Of a stretch of DNA of 64,000 bases, positions 35,132-43,387 are shown piece by piece. The stretch comes from an uncultured Coriobacteriia bacterium (lineage in GTDB: Bacteria; Actinomycetota; Coriobacteriia; Coriobacteriales; QAMH01): contig CATLBX010000001.1 in the NCBI GenBank assembly GCA_949879855.1, positions 82-64,081 on the forward strand, read 5' to 3'. Within the stretch, counting starts at the first letter, position 1; each line of letters starts with the position of its first letter. Under the pieces are notes generated by a model, which worked only from the letters and a program-made list of their open reading frames with translations, did not search any database and had not been told where the DNA came from. The position numbers were made by a program, and so were the translations under genes.

Positions 35132-35463
35132 TACAGCCACTCCCTCCACGGCCTGCACTCGATGCCGAGCGACACGGCCAGGTCGTGCTCGATGCGGGCG
35201 CCCTTGGAGTCCTCCCAGCCGTCGAGCATGGCGATGCCTCCGTAACGGTAGCTTGGCCATGACGGAGTGCTGAATCGTCCGAATCTCAGCATCTCGCGGA
35301 CGCTGATGCGCATGCAGTCATCCCACCGCAGGTAGTCCCCTATGAACTCGTGGGGTATCCTCGCCTTGTGGCCTGCGATGCGCAGGGCTTCCTTGACGCG
35401 CGAGAACTCCTTGATGTTGCGGCTCGGCTTGCCCGTCACCGGGCCGATGACGTAGATGTTCAT
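35131..35463 (-). CDS. DUF4406 / nucleoside 2-deoxyribosyltransferase-like protein (110 aa)
   Basis: MNIYVIGPVTG... start and overall size fit the DUF4406 family. Confidence 0.5.
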   Translation of the reverse strand: MNIYVIGPVTGKPSRNIKEFSRVKEALRIAGHKARIPHEFIGDYLRWDDCMRISVREMLRFGRFSTPSWPSYRYGGIAMLDGWEDSKGARIEHDLAVSLGIECRPWREWL

Positions 35464-35573
35464 TCGTCGTCCTCCGCCCACTCAAGCGTGTCGCACATCT
35501 CGCAGTACGTCATCTCGCAAAATCCCTCCTCGACCCAGTCGTGCTCAGTCGGGCAATAGATCCATGTGGCCAT
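35460..35573 (-). CDS. Small Cys-rich acidic protein (37 aa)
   Basis: MATWIYCPTEHDWVEEGFCEMTYCEMCDTLEWAEDDE. ATGA-coupled at both ends. Not in the ORF track because it is under 60 aa. Confidence 0.4.
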   Translation of the reverse strand: MATWIYCPTEHDWVEEGFCEMTYCEMCDTLEWAEDDE

Positions 35574-35860
35574 CAGCGCACCACCTCATACGTCTGCTCG
35601 AATATGTCAGGCTTGCATGGGTACAGCTCGCCCTTGACGCCCTGGATGATGTAATCGCCGACACGCGCAACGTGGTCACCTTCGAGAGTGTGGATGACGA
35701 AGCAGATTTCACCGCTTATCTCGTCTTTGTACGTCTTCGTATGCTTCGATTCGACAGCCTCTGACCACCATGTGGGACACTCGTTTACCCGGACTATTCC
35801 GCGTGAATCCTTGATTAGTCTGATGGCCTCCACCTCAACGGGCTTCTTTCTGTATTTCAT
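35573..35860 (-). CDS. PGDYG-domain phage protein (95 aa)
   Basis: RVGDYIIQGVKGELYPCKPDIFEQTYE motif. Confidence 0.55.
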   Translation of the reverse strand: MKYRKKPVEVEAIRLIKDSRGIVRVNECPTWWSEAVESKHTKTYKDEISGEICFVIHTLEGDHVARVGDYIIQGVKGELYPCKPDIFEQTYEVVR

Positions 35861-36168
35861 TCGACCATTACCTTCGCGCCGCAGTTGTAGCAGTACATGC
35901 CGTCTTCCTTCACAACGCCATCCTCATTCGCACCACAGGCCGAGCAGATGAAACTGTCCGGGTACGGCATACCGCTTGGCATCATCGGCATGACGTTATG
36001 GCACGTGCGCTCCGCTCGGGCGTTGGCAGCGGCAATCGCCTCTTCCCTCGTCGGGAACCCAGCGCTCAGATAGCAATAGTCAACGCACGAGTGGTGCCAC
36101 CATCCGTCTTTGTCCATGTTCACGGAGAGCCCTCCTCCGCAAAACGGGCATGCCTTGAGTTCACTCAT
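35857..36168 (-). CDS. Lar-family restriction-alleviation-like zinc-ribbon protein (103 aa)
   Basis: N-terminal LKACPFCGG and C-terminal CSACG...CYNCG. Confidence 0.45.
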   Translation of the reverse strand: MSELKACPFCGGGLSVNMDKDGWWHHSCVDYCYLSAGFPTREEAIAAANARAERTCHNVMPMMPSGMPYPDSFICSACGANEDGVVKEDGMYCYNCGAKVMVE

Positions 36169-36580
36169 TATCGAATCCCTCCAACAGCAGATTTGGCATC
36201 GACTCGTACAGCGTGTGACCGTAGGCGTCGACCATGTATGGAAGCATCACCTCGTCGATCCCGACCTGCCCTATCTCGATCATCGCGATCTGTGCTGCGA
36301 TCCAGTCCTTCACGTTTCGCCACGCGACCATCTCGGCCCTCTCGGGCGATGAGCTAACGCCCTGCTCGTCGAGCAGCCTGCCGACCGCCCCGACCCGCAC
36401 CGGAAGCCTGAACGTCTTTCCGGATATCTCGAAGCAGATGCCAATAGGGCTGCCGCCCCCGTCGTACTCGGTCATGACCTTGCTCGCCCCGTGCCTGGCG
36501 AGCATCTCCTGGATTTCCGATGCCGTCTTCGAAGCCGGTACCTTTGTCGTGTAGTTCTTGATCTTTCTGCATTCGCTCAT
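36161..36580 (-). CDS. Hypothetical phage protein (139 aa)
   Basis: ORF from MSECRKIKNYTTK. The upstream part of the track ORF is in a neighbour's shadow frame. Confidence 0.45.
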   Translation of the reverse strand: MSECRKIKNYTTKVPASKTASEIQEMLARHGASKVMTEYDGGGSPIGICFEISGKTFRLPVRVGAVGRLLDEQGVSSSPERAEMVAWRNVKDWIAAQIAMIEIGQVGIDEVMLPYMVDAYGHTLYESMPNLLLEGFDNE

Positions 36581-36756
36581 GAGGCATCGTGCTCCCATCG
36601 CTTCGCGTACCAGTAGTCGCGGCAGATGCTTGCCATGGTCGACACCTCGGGGTGCTCGAGGACCTCGATGCTCCATTCGTCGTCGAGCGTCCATCCGTTG
36701 AGATTGAAGAGCAGCCACGCGATGATGCGCCGCCCTATGCTGACGTAGGGAATCAT
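36577..36756 (-). CDS. Hypothetical phage protein (59 aa)
   Basis: Manually translated as MIPYVSIGRRIIAWLLFNLNGW...RWEHDAS*. ATGA-coupled. Confidence 0.4.
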   Translation of the reverse strand: MIPYVSIGRRIIAWLLFNLNGWTLDDEWSIEVLEHPEVSTMASICRDYWYAKRWEHDAS

Positions 36757-37022
36757 CGTGCATCACATCCCTTCCGGGCGACCTTTCGCTTCCTTCTCAT
36801 GCTCTCCCTGCTCTGGGCCCTATGCAGCTCGTCCGAGCACTCGTCGCAACACGTCTCCGCGTTCGGGTGCCGATCCGGCGGCACCTTGCCGCCACATGCC
36901 TTGCATATCCTCCCCGGCGTCGGCTTGTACCTGCAAATACGCTTCGGATCCGGGGCCTTCGGCTGGACGACCCTCTGCACGACCGGGTAGATCGCGCCCT
37001 TGACGCATCCCTGGTTCACCAT
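36753..37022 (-). CDS. Small zinc-ribbon protein (89 aa)
   Basis: CRYKPTPGRICKACGG...CCDEC Cys clusters. Basic C-terminus. Confidence 0.45.
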   Translation of the reverse strand: MVNQGCVKGAIYPVVQRVVQPKAPDPKRICRYKPTPGRICKACGGKVPPDRHPNAETCCDECSDELHRAQSRESMRRKRKVARKGCDAR

Positions 37023-37729
37023 CTCGTCTCCTCCATCTCCTTCCTGAGCGAATCCTTGATTACGTAGCTTCGACCCAGTTGCCGGCACGTAGACTCGATC
37101 TCCTTTCCGATCGCGCCCCAGTCGGCGCTTGCCTTGGCGTGGTTGAGCTTGCCGAAGCTCCAGCGCGCGACGAAGTCGCACTTCTCGACGGCGCGCAAGA
37201 CCGCGCTCGCGTCGAGGATCGGCTCGCAGCTCACCCACGTGCCGATGCCGAGCCTCTTCACGCGCATCAGCGCGTCGAGGCGCCTTGACTCGGCGGGGCT
37301 GCCGGGCTCGAAGAAAGGCCCGCCGCCCGTGACGGTCGTCCCGACCGTGTCAGACCCGTCGAGCAGGTCGAGGTCGAGCAGCGCCGCCGTCGGGTTCTTC
37401 GTCAGGATCTGCACATGGCAACCGGCATCCTTGAGGAGCAAGATGACCTCGCGGGTGCGGGTGTGGTCGACGTCGCGAGGGTACGGATCGCAGGTGAAGC
37501 ACAGGTGCACCGTCCTTCCCCCGAAGTCGCCATTGGCGAGCTGGCGCTCCAGGGCGAAAAGCAGTCCCTCCCTGGGGCACACGCAAGCCGCGAAGGCCTC
37601 GCGGCTCCTCCTCAGGATCTGGGGCGCGTAGCAGTACGAGCAGCCGTGCGTGCAGCCCGTATAGATGTTCAAGGCGAGCTCGGCGTACTCGCGCGCCGCG
37701 CCCCTCGGCTCGTAGATCGGGCCTCTCAT
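37016..37729 (-). CDS. Radical SAM protein (SplB/COG1533-like, 237 aa)
   Basis: NIYTGCTHGCSYCYAP CxxxCxxC cluster near the N-terminus. Confidence 0.7.
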   Translation of the reverse strand: MRGPIYEPRGAAREYAELALNIYTGCTHGCSYCYAPQILRRSREAFAACVCPREGLLFALERQLANGDFGGRTVHLCFTCDPYPRDVDHTRTREVILLLKDAGCHVQILTKNPTAALLDLDLLDGSDTVGTTVTGGGPFFEPGSPAESRRLDALMRVKRLGIGTWVSCEPILDASAVLRAVEKCDFVARWSFGKLNHAKASADWGAIGKEIESTCRQLGRSYVIKDSLRKEMEETRW

Positions 37730-38013
37730 CCTGCCGCCCTCCTCATCGCCTCGGCGGCCCTGCGCTCGGCCCATGGCCGACGACTGGCGTCGCGCCCGAG
37801 CGTGGGTGCCATCTTGCGCAGCGCCTCCTCGACCTCGACCGTCGGCACGCCGTTGCGGTCACCGAGGAACCCCGCGACGAACGTCACGACGTAGGGCGGC
37901 ACGGCGACGATGCCCGAGAGCTCCTCGAGCCTCCTTGCCGCATCCTTCAGATCGTCTGCATACACCGTCTCCATCTCCTCTCGATTCGGGTCTTTCTTCA
38001 CGCCGGACCGCAC
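37726..38013 (-). CDS. Hypothetical phage protein (up to 95 aa; start uncertain)
   Basis: ORF downstream of the AT-rich region. Confidence 0.4.
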   Translation of the reverse strand: MRSGVKKDPNREEMETVYADDLKDAARRLEELSGIVAVPPYVVTFVAGFLGDRNGVPTVEVEEALRKMAPTLGRDASRRPWAERRAAEAMRRAAG

Positions 38014-38060
38014 CGTCGCGAAAACCCCTTTATCAACTGACCACGTATCCCGTCTTTCGG

Positions 38061-38178
38061 TAAGGTCTTTTAATAATTAATTAATTACTTAATTAATTAA
38101 TGCTTTTAAGCACCTGCTTGCCGACTTGCTTAAGCACGTGCTTGCAAGCAGGTTGCGCGTTGCTGCTCCTAAGCACCC
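38061..38178. other. Putative phage replication origin: ~40-bp almost pure A/T block + TGCTTAAGCA-type palindromes
   Basis: TTTTAATAATTAATTAATTACTTAATTAATTAAT (38068-38101), then TGCTTTTAAGCAC, TGCTTAAGCAC, CCTAAGCAC and the inverted repeat ACCTGCTTGC...GCAAGCAGGT. Adjacent to the replisome-organiser gene. Confidence 0.45.
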
Positions 38179-38567
38179 TTCTTCTTCCTGTTGCCACCCT
38201 GGGCCTCTCCGCCCTTCCTTCCCGCCTCTGCGCGCTTCTTGCGGTACTCGATCTGGCCGATGACGTTCTCGCTGATCAGGTGCCGCTTGTCGTGCCACAT
38301 GCCGGGGTCGACCCACCTGACATCGGCGATCGCCTCGACGAAGGCGTCGAGTTCCTCGTCGCTTGCGAACTCGAGCTCATCTCGCACGACCTCGCGCATG
38401 ACGGGGGCAGACAGGTCTATGGCGCCGTCCTGCTCGTGCAGCATGCCCAGCAGGGCGATCCAGCGCCCGAACGTGAGCAGCCCGCCGCCGACCTTCCTCT
38501 CCACATAGCGCATCTCCGACGAGTTTCGGGCGTCGAAGGCTATGGTGAAGAACCTGTTGCTCTTCAT
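38169..38567 (-). CDS. Replisome organiser-like protein (DUF4373 / Lin1244-type N-terminal domain, 132 aa)
   Basis: FFTIAFDARNSSEMRYVERKVGGGLLTFGRWIALLGMLHEQDG matches the DUF4373 pattern. Confidence 0.6.
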   Translation of the reverse strand: MKSNRFFTIAFDARNSSEMRYVERKVGGGLLTFGRWIALLGMLHEQDGAIDLSAPVMREVVRDELEFASDEELDAFVEAIADVRWVDPGMWHDKRHLISENVIGQIEYRKKRAEAGRKGGEAQGGNRKKKGA

Positions 38568-38644
38568 CTTTCATCTACCTCCGTGTTCGATTTTTCCTGT
38601 CGTGGGCCGCAAGCCCGGTCGTGCGCTCCCCTCTCTCCCTCGGC

Positions 38645-39025
38645 TTACCCGGCGTCGCCACGCCATCCAAGGCCGACGACTTCTGCCAGCGTCGAGCCCG
38701 AGCACGGCGCCGAGAGCACGTCGATTTCGCCCACGACCACGTACGCAGGCGGCTCGGGACCGTCACGCCCGGCGTTGATCCTGTACGGCTGCCTCATCTC
38801 GCCCGAAAGCGCGACGAGACAGCCGCGCGAGATCCTGCGCTCGAGACCCGCCGCGCGGTCGTCGTCGACCCTGCAGCGCACGTAGTTCGACGACCCCCGG
38901 CCGTGCGCGTCGCCGTGCCCGTCGACGCGCACGGCGAAGTCGAGGTACTCCCGACCCGACACCTCGCGCATCAGGGCAGGGTCGTCGTCGACGACGACCG
39001 AGACGCTAACAACGTTGACGTTCAC
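38645..39025 (-). CDS. OB-fold single-stranded DNA-binding-like protein (126 aa)
   Basis: MNVNVVSVSVVV.DDP.L...G..YLDFAV...RCRV...AAGLERRISRGCLVALSGEM is an SSB-like pattern. Confidence 0.5.
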   Translation of the reverse strand: MNVNVVSVSVVVDDDPALMREVSGREYLDFAVRVDGHGDAHGRGSSNYVRCRVDDDRAAGLERRISRGCLVALSGEMRQPYRINAGRDGPEPPAYVVVGEIDVLSAPCSGSTLAEVVGLGWRGDAG

Positions 39026-39031
39026 GAGGCA

Positions 39032-39352
39032 TCACCCCCCCCTCATGGCGATGTCGGGAAACAGCGCCATGATGACACCCCTCGCCCTATTCCTGACCAT
39101 GACATCGGCTTCCCTGGGATTGCACGCACACATATGCGAAAGCGCTTCGGTCATGGCCCATAGCCCGATGGACATTTCGCCGATCCCGATGGCCCCGATG
39201 ATCTCGTCGACCTCTTCGGTCGTTTCGGCAGCCTGGTAAACCTGGTCGCAGGCCATTTCGAAGGCCACGATGCGCTCCACGGCGGACCTGTCGGCATCGT
39301 TGGCGATGGCCATGAAGGCCCTGGCCGCCTCGACTCTCTCCTTGTCACTCAT
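39032..39352 (-). CDS. Hypothetical phage protein (106 aa)
   Basis: ORF from MSDKERVEAARAF. Overlaps the recombinase stop by 8 nt. Confidence 0.45.
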   Translation of the reverse strand: MSDKERVEAARAFMAIANDADRSAVERIVAFEMACDQVYQAAETTEEVDEIIGAIGIGEMSIGLWAMTEALSHMCACNPREADVMVRNRARGVIMALFPDIAMRGG

Positions 39353-40673
39353 CTTTCCACTCCTCCTTTGTCTCGTATCTCGCGCAGGGACGGCACAGGA
39401 CGGGGCACTCGGGTATCCAACCCGCCCCCAGCTCGTCACCTGCCCTATCTGCCCGCGAATGCTCGGAGACGACCCGCGCGAAGATGCGCGCGACCTCGCC
39501 GTCGCGCCCCGGCACCATGTGGCCGTAGAGCGCGACGGTCGTCTCGGGCTTCGCGTGCCCGAACCGCTCCTGCACCGCCCTCAGGTCGGCCCCGTTCGCG
39601 ATCAGGTACGACGCGTGCGTGTGACGCAGGGTGTGCAGGTGCGTCTTCGGGTCAAGGCCAAGCTCCTTGACAAGCGCGCCGAAGAGCCCCGTTATCTCGC
39701 GCGGCGTGAAAAAGGAGCCATCCGAATGGCAGAACAGGGGAATCGTGGTTCGCGGCCTCACGCCGCGCTCGGCAAGCACGGCATTTCGCACGTTGCGATA
39801 CGCGACGATGATCCTCATCGTCGCCTCGTCGAAGGTCACGAAACGCGACTTGCCGGACTTCGGCGGCTTGGAGATGATCGTCGTCCTGCGCGAGTTGAGG
39901 TCGCGCTTGTAGGCAAGGACGCGAGACACGCGAACCCCCATCTCGCCACCTGCGCTCATCTGGACGGACAGTTCGAGGAGACCGGCGAGCTCCCCCCTGC
40001 GAAGACCGCTGTTGAGATCGACCCACACCATCGCGGCGAATGCGTACGTCTCGTATTCTGCCAAGCTCGTCACGGGAGCCGTGAGAACGGATTCGAGCCA
40101 AGAGAGCAGCTTCGCCATGTCGTCTGGCGAAAGGGGCTTCACCTCGACGGGCTTTGCCGCAGGAACGCGCACCTCGGCAAGCGGGTTCGTGGATGCGTGC
40201 CCGTTTGACTTGAGGTAGCGGAACGCACCGCTCATGAACGCGTGGATCTTCTCGACGGTCGTTCCCGCGAGCTCTGCGCCGCCCCTTTTCCTCGGCTTGC
40301 GCAAATCGCGGTAGAAGGCGGAGAAGAGGCGCTCGTCTGCCGCGTCGTAGTAGACATGGCCGATGCGCGGGCGGATGTGCCGCTCGAGGTAGCTCAGGTA
40401 GCTCGACATGGTCGTCGGCGACAGCAGGCCGAGCTCGTCGCATTCCGACAGGTAGAAGTCGATGGCCGCACCTATGGTCATCGCGTCGCTGTGACCCTTG
40501 AGGACGGCGGCGCGTGCGTCGAGCTCTGCCTTCGCCCTCTCGACCTCCGCATCGCCCGCGTCGGCTGGCAACGTCGTCGATATCGTGCGCGGCGTCCTCG
40601 TGTCCGGGTTGATTCCCGCGTATGCGCGCAGGAGGTGGTTGCCCGTGCGCTTGTCGATGGTGTCAGACGCCAT
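39345..40673 (-). CDS. Tyrosine recombinase no. 2 (442 aa) embedded in the early operon, with ~60-aa Cys-containing C-terminal extension
   Basis: SGLRRGE (R), LRHTHASY (HxxR), FGHAK, TVALYGH (Y). C-terminal tail ..IPECPVLCRPCARYETKEEWKDE. Confidence 0.8.
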   Translation of the reverse strand: MASDTIDKRTGNHLLRAYAGINPDTRTPRTISTTLPADAGDAEVERAKAELDARAAVLKGHSDAMTIGAAIDFYLSECDELGLLSPTTMSSYLSYLERHIRPRIGHVYYDAADERLFSAFYRDLRKPRKRGGAELAGTTVEKIHAFMSGAFRYLKSNGHASTNPLAEVRVPAAKPVEVKPLSPDDMAKLLSWLESVLTAPVTSLAEYETYAFAAMVWVDLNSGLRRGELAGLLELSVQMSAGGEMGVRVSRVLAYKRDLNSRRTTIISKPPKSGKSRFVTFDEATMRIIVAYRNVRNAVLAERGVRPRTTIPLFCHSDGSFFTPREITGLFGALVKELGLDPKTHLHTLRHTHASYLIANGADLRAVQERFGHAKPETTVALYGHMVPGRDGEVARIFARVVSEHSRADRAGDELGAGWIPECPVLCRPCARYETKEEWKDE

Positions 40674-40900
40674 CAGACCGACCTCATGACGAGGTAGCCC
40701 AACGTGCAGAGGGCCAGGATGACGATGGCGGGAACGCATGCTCGCCTGCATGCGGTCAAGCGGTCGTCGTTTTTCCGCCTATCGCGCGTCAATCGGAAAT
40801 CGCGCGACCCTACCAGGTCGATGTCGAGCCGGGTGCGCACGGGGGTGAAGGGCCCCCTCGCCCCCGTCGCGCGGGGGCCCTGGTCTCCTATGTTTCGCAT
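40673..40900 (-). CDS. Possible small membrane protein (75 aa)
   Basis: ORF ATGA-coupled to the recombinase start. C-terminal hydrophobic segment VPAIVILALCTLGYLVM. Confidence 0.3.
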   Translation of the reverse strand: MRNIGDQGPRATGARGPFTPVRTRLDIDLVGSRDFRLTRDRRKNDDRLTACRRACVPAIVILALCTLGYLVMRSV

Positions 40901-40935
40901 TCGCCTACTCCGTTTCCTCTGTCCCGGCCTGTTCG

Positions 40936-41238
40936 TCAGCCCGTCGCGGGGACGAACCCGACGCGGGCGAGCAGTTCGGCGACGAGCTCCTCGGTGGTCG
41001 CGGACGACAGGGTCGAGGCGGCGCGCGGCTCGTCATCGGGCACGACCACCGAGCGGGGGTCGATCCCGTCGAAGAGGCCCGGGAACTGCCTCGTCGCGTT
41101 GACGTACCAGCGCTCGCCGATCTTCTCGGCCTCGATCACGCCGTCCCTGCACTGGCGGGCCAGTGAGACGCACCTGGACTTGGTGCTCTCGCCGTAGAGG
41201 GCCTCGGCGAGCTCCGGAATGCTCACGATCCTGTCCAT
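40936..41238 (-). CDS. Excisionase/MerR-type HTH DNA-binding protein (100 aa)
   Basis: SIPELAEALYG...DGVIEAEKIGERWYVN is an HTH_17-like pattern. Lies upstream of recombinase no. 2. Confidence 0.5.
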   Translation of the reverse strand: MDRIVSIPELAEALYGESTKSRCVSLARQCRDGVIEAEKIGERWYVNATRQFPGLFDGIDPRSVVVPDDEPRAASTLSSATTEELVAELLARVGFVPATG

Positions 41239-41645
41239 CAAGCCATCCCCTCCTTTCGTTTCGAGAGCCGCTCGACCCAGCACCCGAAGGCGACGAGGAA
41301 CGGCCTCACGTTCTTGGAATCGGCCCATCCGGCGATGCCGATGAAACCGTCGCCGTTGAAGCTGATGGCCTCGCGTTGCTCGAAGTTCGCGCACTTCACG
41401 CGCAGGAACGCATCGGCGATGCCCGCACCAGCCCCCCTCGTCCGGGGAATCTTGTGACACATGCGCATGCTTCTCTTGTAGGGCGTGTTCGGATCGAGCC
41501 GGCAGCGCGCGAGCTCGATGTCGAGGAACGCCAGGAGCGCGTCGAGCGCCGCCTCGTCGAGGTCGGCGTAGGTGAGGCCGCTGTCCGCGAACAGGCCGCG
41601 GGCCTCGTCTCTGGTCCCCGGTATCAGCGTCACGCTCATGCGCAT
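41238..41645 (-). CDS. Hypothetical phage early protein (135 aa)
   Basis: ORF in the operon. Confidence 0.45.
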   Translation of the reverse strand: MRMSVTLIPGTRDEARGLFADSGLTYADLDEAALDALLAFLDIELARCRLDPNTPYKRSMRMCHKIPRTRGAGAGIADAFLRVKCANFEQREAISFNGDGFIGIAGWADSKNVRPFLVAFGCWVERLSKRKEGMA

Positions 41646-41884
41646 ACCTCCCTGATCATCGAGTTGAGCTCCCGGGCGATCGCCCAGGGCGTGAAGTTGG
41701 TGACGTCGACGGACGGCACGTCGGGGTGATCCGTGACGAGCGCGATCCGGTCGCCGACCGACTCGGCCCTGACCCCGCGCGTGATGAGCTCGTGGTGCGC
41801 GGCGGGATCCAGGGACAGGTACGCGTCCTGGACCAGGCGCGCGAACTTGCCGACGTCATTGACGTCGTAGCTTCGCTGCCCCAT
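41636..41884 (-). CDS. Hypothetical phage early protein (82 aa)
   Basis: ORF from MGQRSYDVNDV. Confidence 0.4.
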   Translation of the reverse strand: MGQRSYDVNDVGKFARLVQDAYLSLDPAAHHELITRGVRAESVGDRIALVTDHPDVPSVDVTNFTPWAIARELNSMIREVCA

Positions 41885-41886
41885 GC

Positions 41887-42528
41887 TCAGCCCTCCGAGT
41901 CCGTGGTCAGCCGCTCCTCGCAGTCCATGCACATGACGTTGACCTTCCTCGTCGCCCGCACCGACATACCGCATGACGGGCACGTGTACTTCCGCGTCGA
42001 GGAGCGGGCCTTGCCCGGCTCCCTAGCGGTCCTGGATGCGCCGATCCTGTGCAGCGTGTTGTCGATGTGGTCGAAGGCCCCGCGCCTGTCGAGCGCGAGC
42101 AGCGCGGCGCCGGGACTCGTCACGCCCCAGCCGACGCGCCTGTCGTGATCGACCTTGAGGCCGTGGCGCATCGCCTCGCGCCTGAACGTCTTGTTGTGGT
42201 AGGTGCCCGACCTGCTCGTGTCGGCCAGGCCGTTCTCGTGGCAGTATTGGTGCACCATCTCGTGCACGAGCGTGTCCATGAGCTCGATGGTCGGGCAGTC
42301 GATGGTCTCGGCTCCCAGGTTGATCTCGTACCTGCCGTTGCCGTCTGCGTCCTTCCACGACTCCCAGGGCGTGAAGTGGCCACAGCTGCCCGGCGTCGGG
42401 CTGATGGTGATCACGGGCTTCTTTGAAAGTGCACTTTCAAAAAGCTCGCGGTTGAGGTCGTCGTAGGCCTGCTCGACCGCGGCGAGGAACGCGCTCAGCA
42501 TCTCGGGACGCTCGTTCACCTCGCTCAT
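41887..42528 (-). CDS. SprT-like zinc metalloprotease domain protein (213 aa)
   Basis: LVHEMVHQYCH (HExxH) plus C-terminal zinc ribbon CPSCG...CMDC. Confidence 0.7.
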   Translation of the reverse strand: MSEVNERPEMLSAFLAAVEQAYDDLNRELFESALSKKPVITISPTPGSCGHFTPWESWKDADGNGRYEINLGAETIDCPTIELMDTLVHEMVHQYCHENGLADTSRSGTYHNKTFRREAMRHGLKVDHDRRVGWGVTSPGAALLALDRRGAFDHIDNTLHRIGASRTAREPGKARSSTRKYTCPSCGMSVRATRKVNVMCMDCEERLTTDSEG

Positions 42529-42707
42529 CGCTCCTCCCCCTCGACGAAGAGGTACTTCCTGCTGACGGAGGCCTCGCCGGTCGCGTCGTCCTTGATCGAG
42601 AACTCCTTGCCCTCGGTGACGAAGATGCCGTCCTGCAGGATCAGCCCCTGCAAGTAAGCCTTCCTGACCCCCGGGGCATCGCCCCTCTGGTAAGGCCTGA
42701 CGTTCAT
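42525..42707 (-). CDS. Hypothetical phage protein (60 aa)
   Basis: ORF from MNVRPYQRGD. Confidence 0.35.
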   Translation of the reverse strand: MNVRPYQRGDAPGVRKAYLQGLILQDGIFVTEGKEFSIKDDATGEASVSRKYLFVEGEER

Positions 42708-42961
42708 GCGACGGCCTCCTGGGCCCCGTCTGCGCCAGTGACCATCTCGGCGACCGCGTCCTCGAGCCTGATGCCGACCATCGGGCAGATTCGTGCGGCC
42801 TCGGTCAGTGACCACTCGCGCACGCCCCGCCTCTTCCAAGAGAAGGTGTTCTCGGCCATGCCCATCTTGGCGGCGAGCTGCGATTGAGTCATGTCGTTGC
42901 GCCTGAGGTAGGCCGCGATCGCCTCGTCGATGGCCGGATAGTAGATCTTGGTCTCGCTCAT
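42704..42961 (-). CDS. XRE/Cro-type HTH regulator (85 aa)
   Basis: MTQSQLAAKMGMAENTFSWKRRG.REWSLTEAARI HTH. Second gene of the leftward early operon. Confidence 0.6.
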   Translation of the reverse strand: MSETKIYYPAIDEAIAAYLRRNDMTQSQLAAKMGMAENTFSWKRRGVREWSLTEAARICPMVGIRLEDAVAEMVTGADGAQEAVA

Positions 42962-43254
42962 ACGGTCGCCTCCCATGTCTCCGCGGCATCGTCGAAGGCG
43001 CTCACGACCCAGACCTCGACTTTCCGCCACCACTTGCGGATGATGCGCACCTTCACATGCTGGCCAATTCTCAGAGCGGCATGGGGTTCGGCAAACGCGA
43101 AGATTCCCTCGAATCCCGAAATATAAACGGTCACCTTTCGGTACGGATGGCCCCGGTACTCGCATACCGGTCCGACCGAGGTGATCGTTGCAAGACACTC
43201 TTGTGACTGCCTGCGTCCCATGAGATTTCGGAGGCAGCGAGATAGCGCTTCCAT
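42958..43254 (-). CDS. Hypothetical first early-operon protein (98 aa)
   Basis: ORF divergent from the repressor gene. Confidence 0.4.
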   Translation of the reverse strand: MEALSRCLRNLMGRRQSQECLATITSVGPVCEYRGHPYRKVTVYISGFEGIFAFAEPHAALRIGQHVKVRIIRKWWRKVEVWVVSAFDDAAETWEATV

Positions 43255-43265
43255 GAGGCCCCTTT

Positions 43266-43377
43266 CTAAATTAGTAGCTCAAAACTTCTAAATAGTAGCT
43301 ACTTACGCAGGCTAACTACTATTCGGTAGTTTGTCAATAACATTATTTCATTTCATGCTACTATTTATTAGCCGAAA
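43266..43377. promoter_or_regulatory. Genetic-switch region with four TAAATAGTAGC(T)-type operator half-sites
   Basis: CTAAATTAGTAGCT at 43266-43279, TAAATAGTAGCT at 43289-43300, inverted AACTACTATT at 43314-43323 and inverted GCTACTATTTA at 43367-43377. AT-rich divergent intergenic region. Confidence 0.6.
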
Positions 43378-43387
43378 GGAGGCTGTA

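Noticed and set aside
38068-38101. TTAATTAATTAA-type all-frame stop block as a sign of an engineered or synthetic insert
   Set aside because: It is embedded between translationally organised phage genes next to a replisome-organiser gene and iteron-like palindromes. A natural DNA-unwinding element is more parsimonious, although engineering cannot be formally excluded from the sequence alone.
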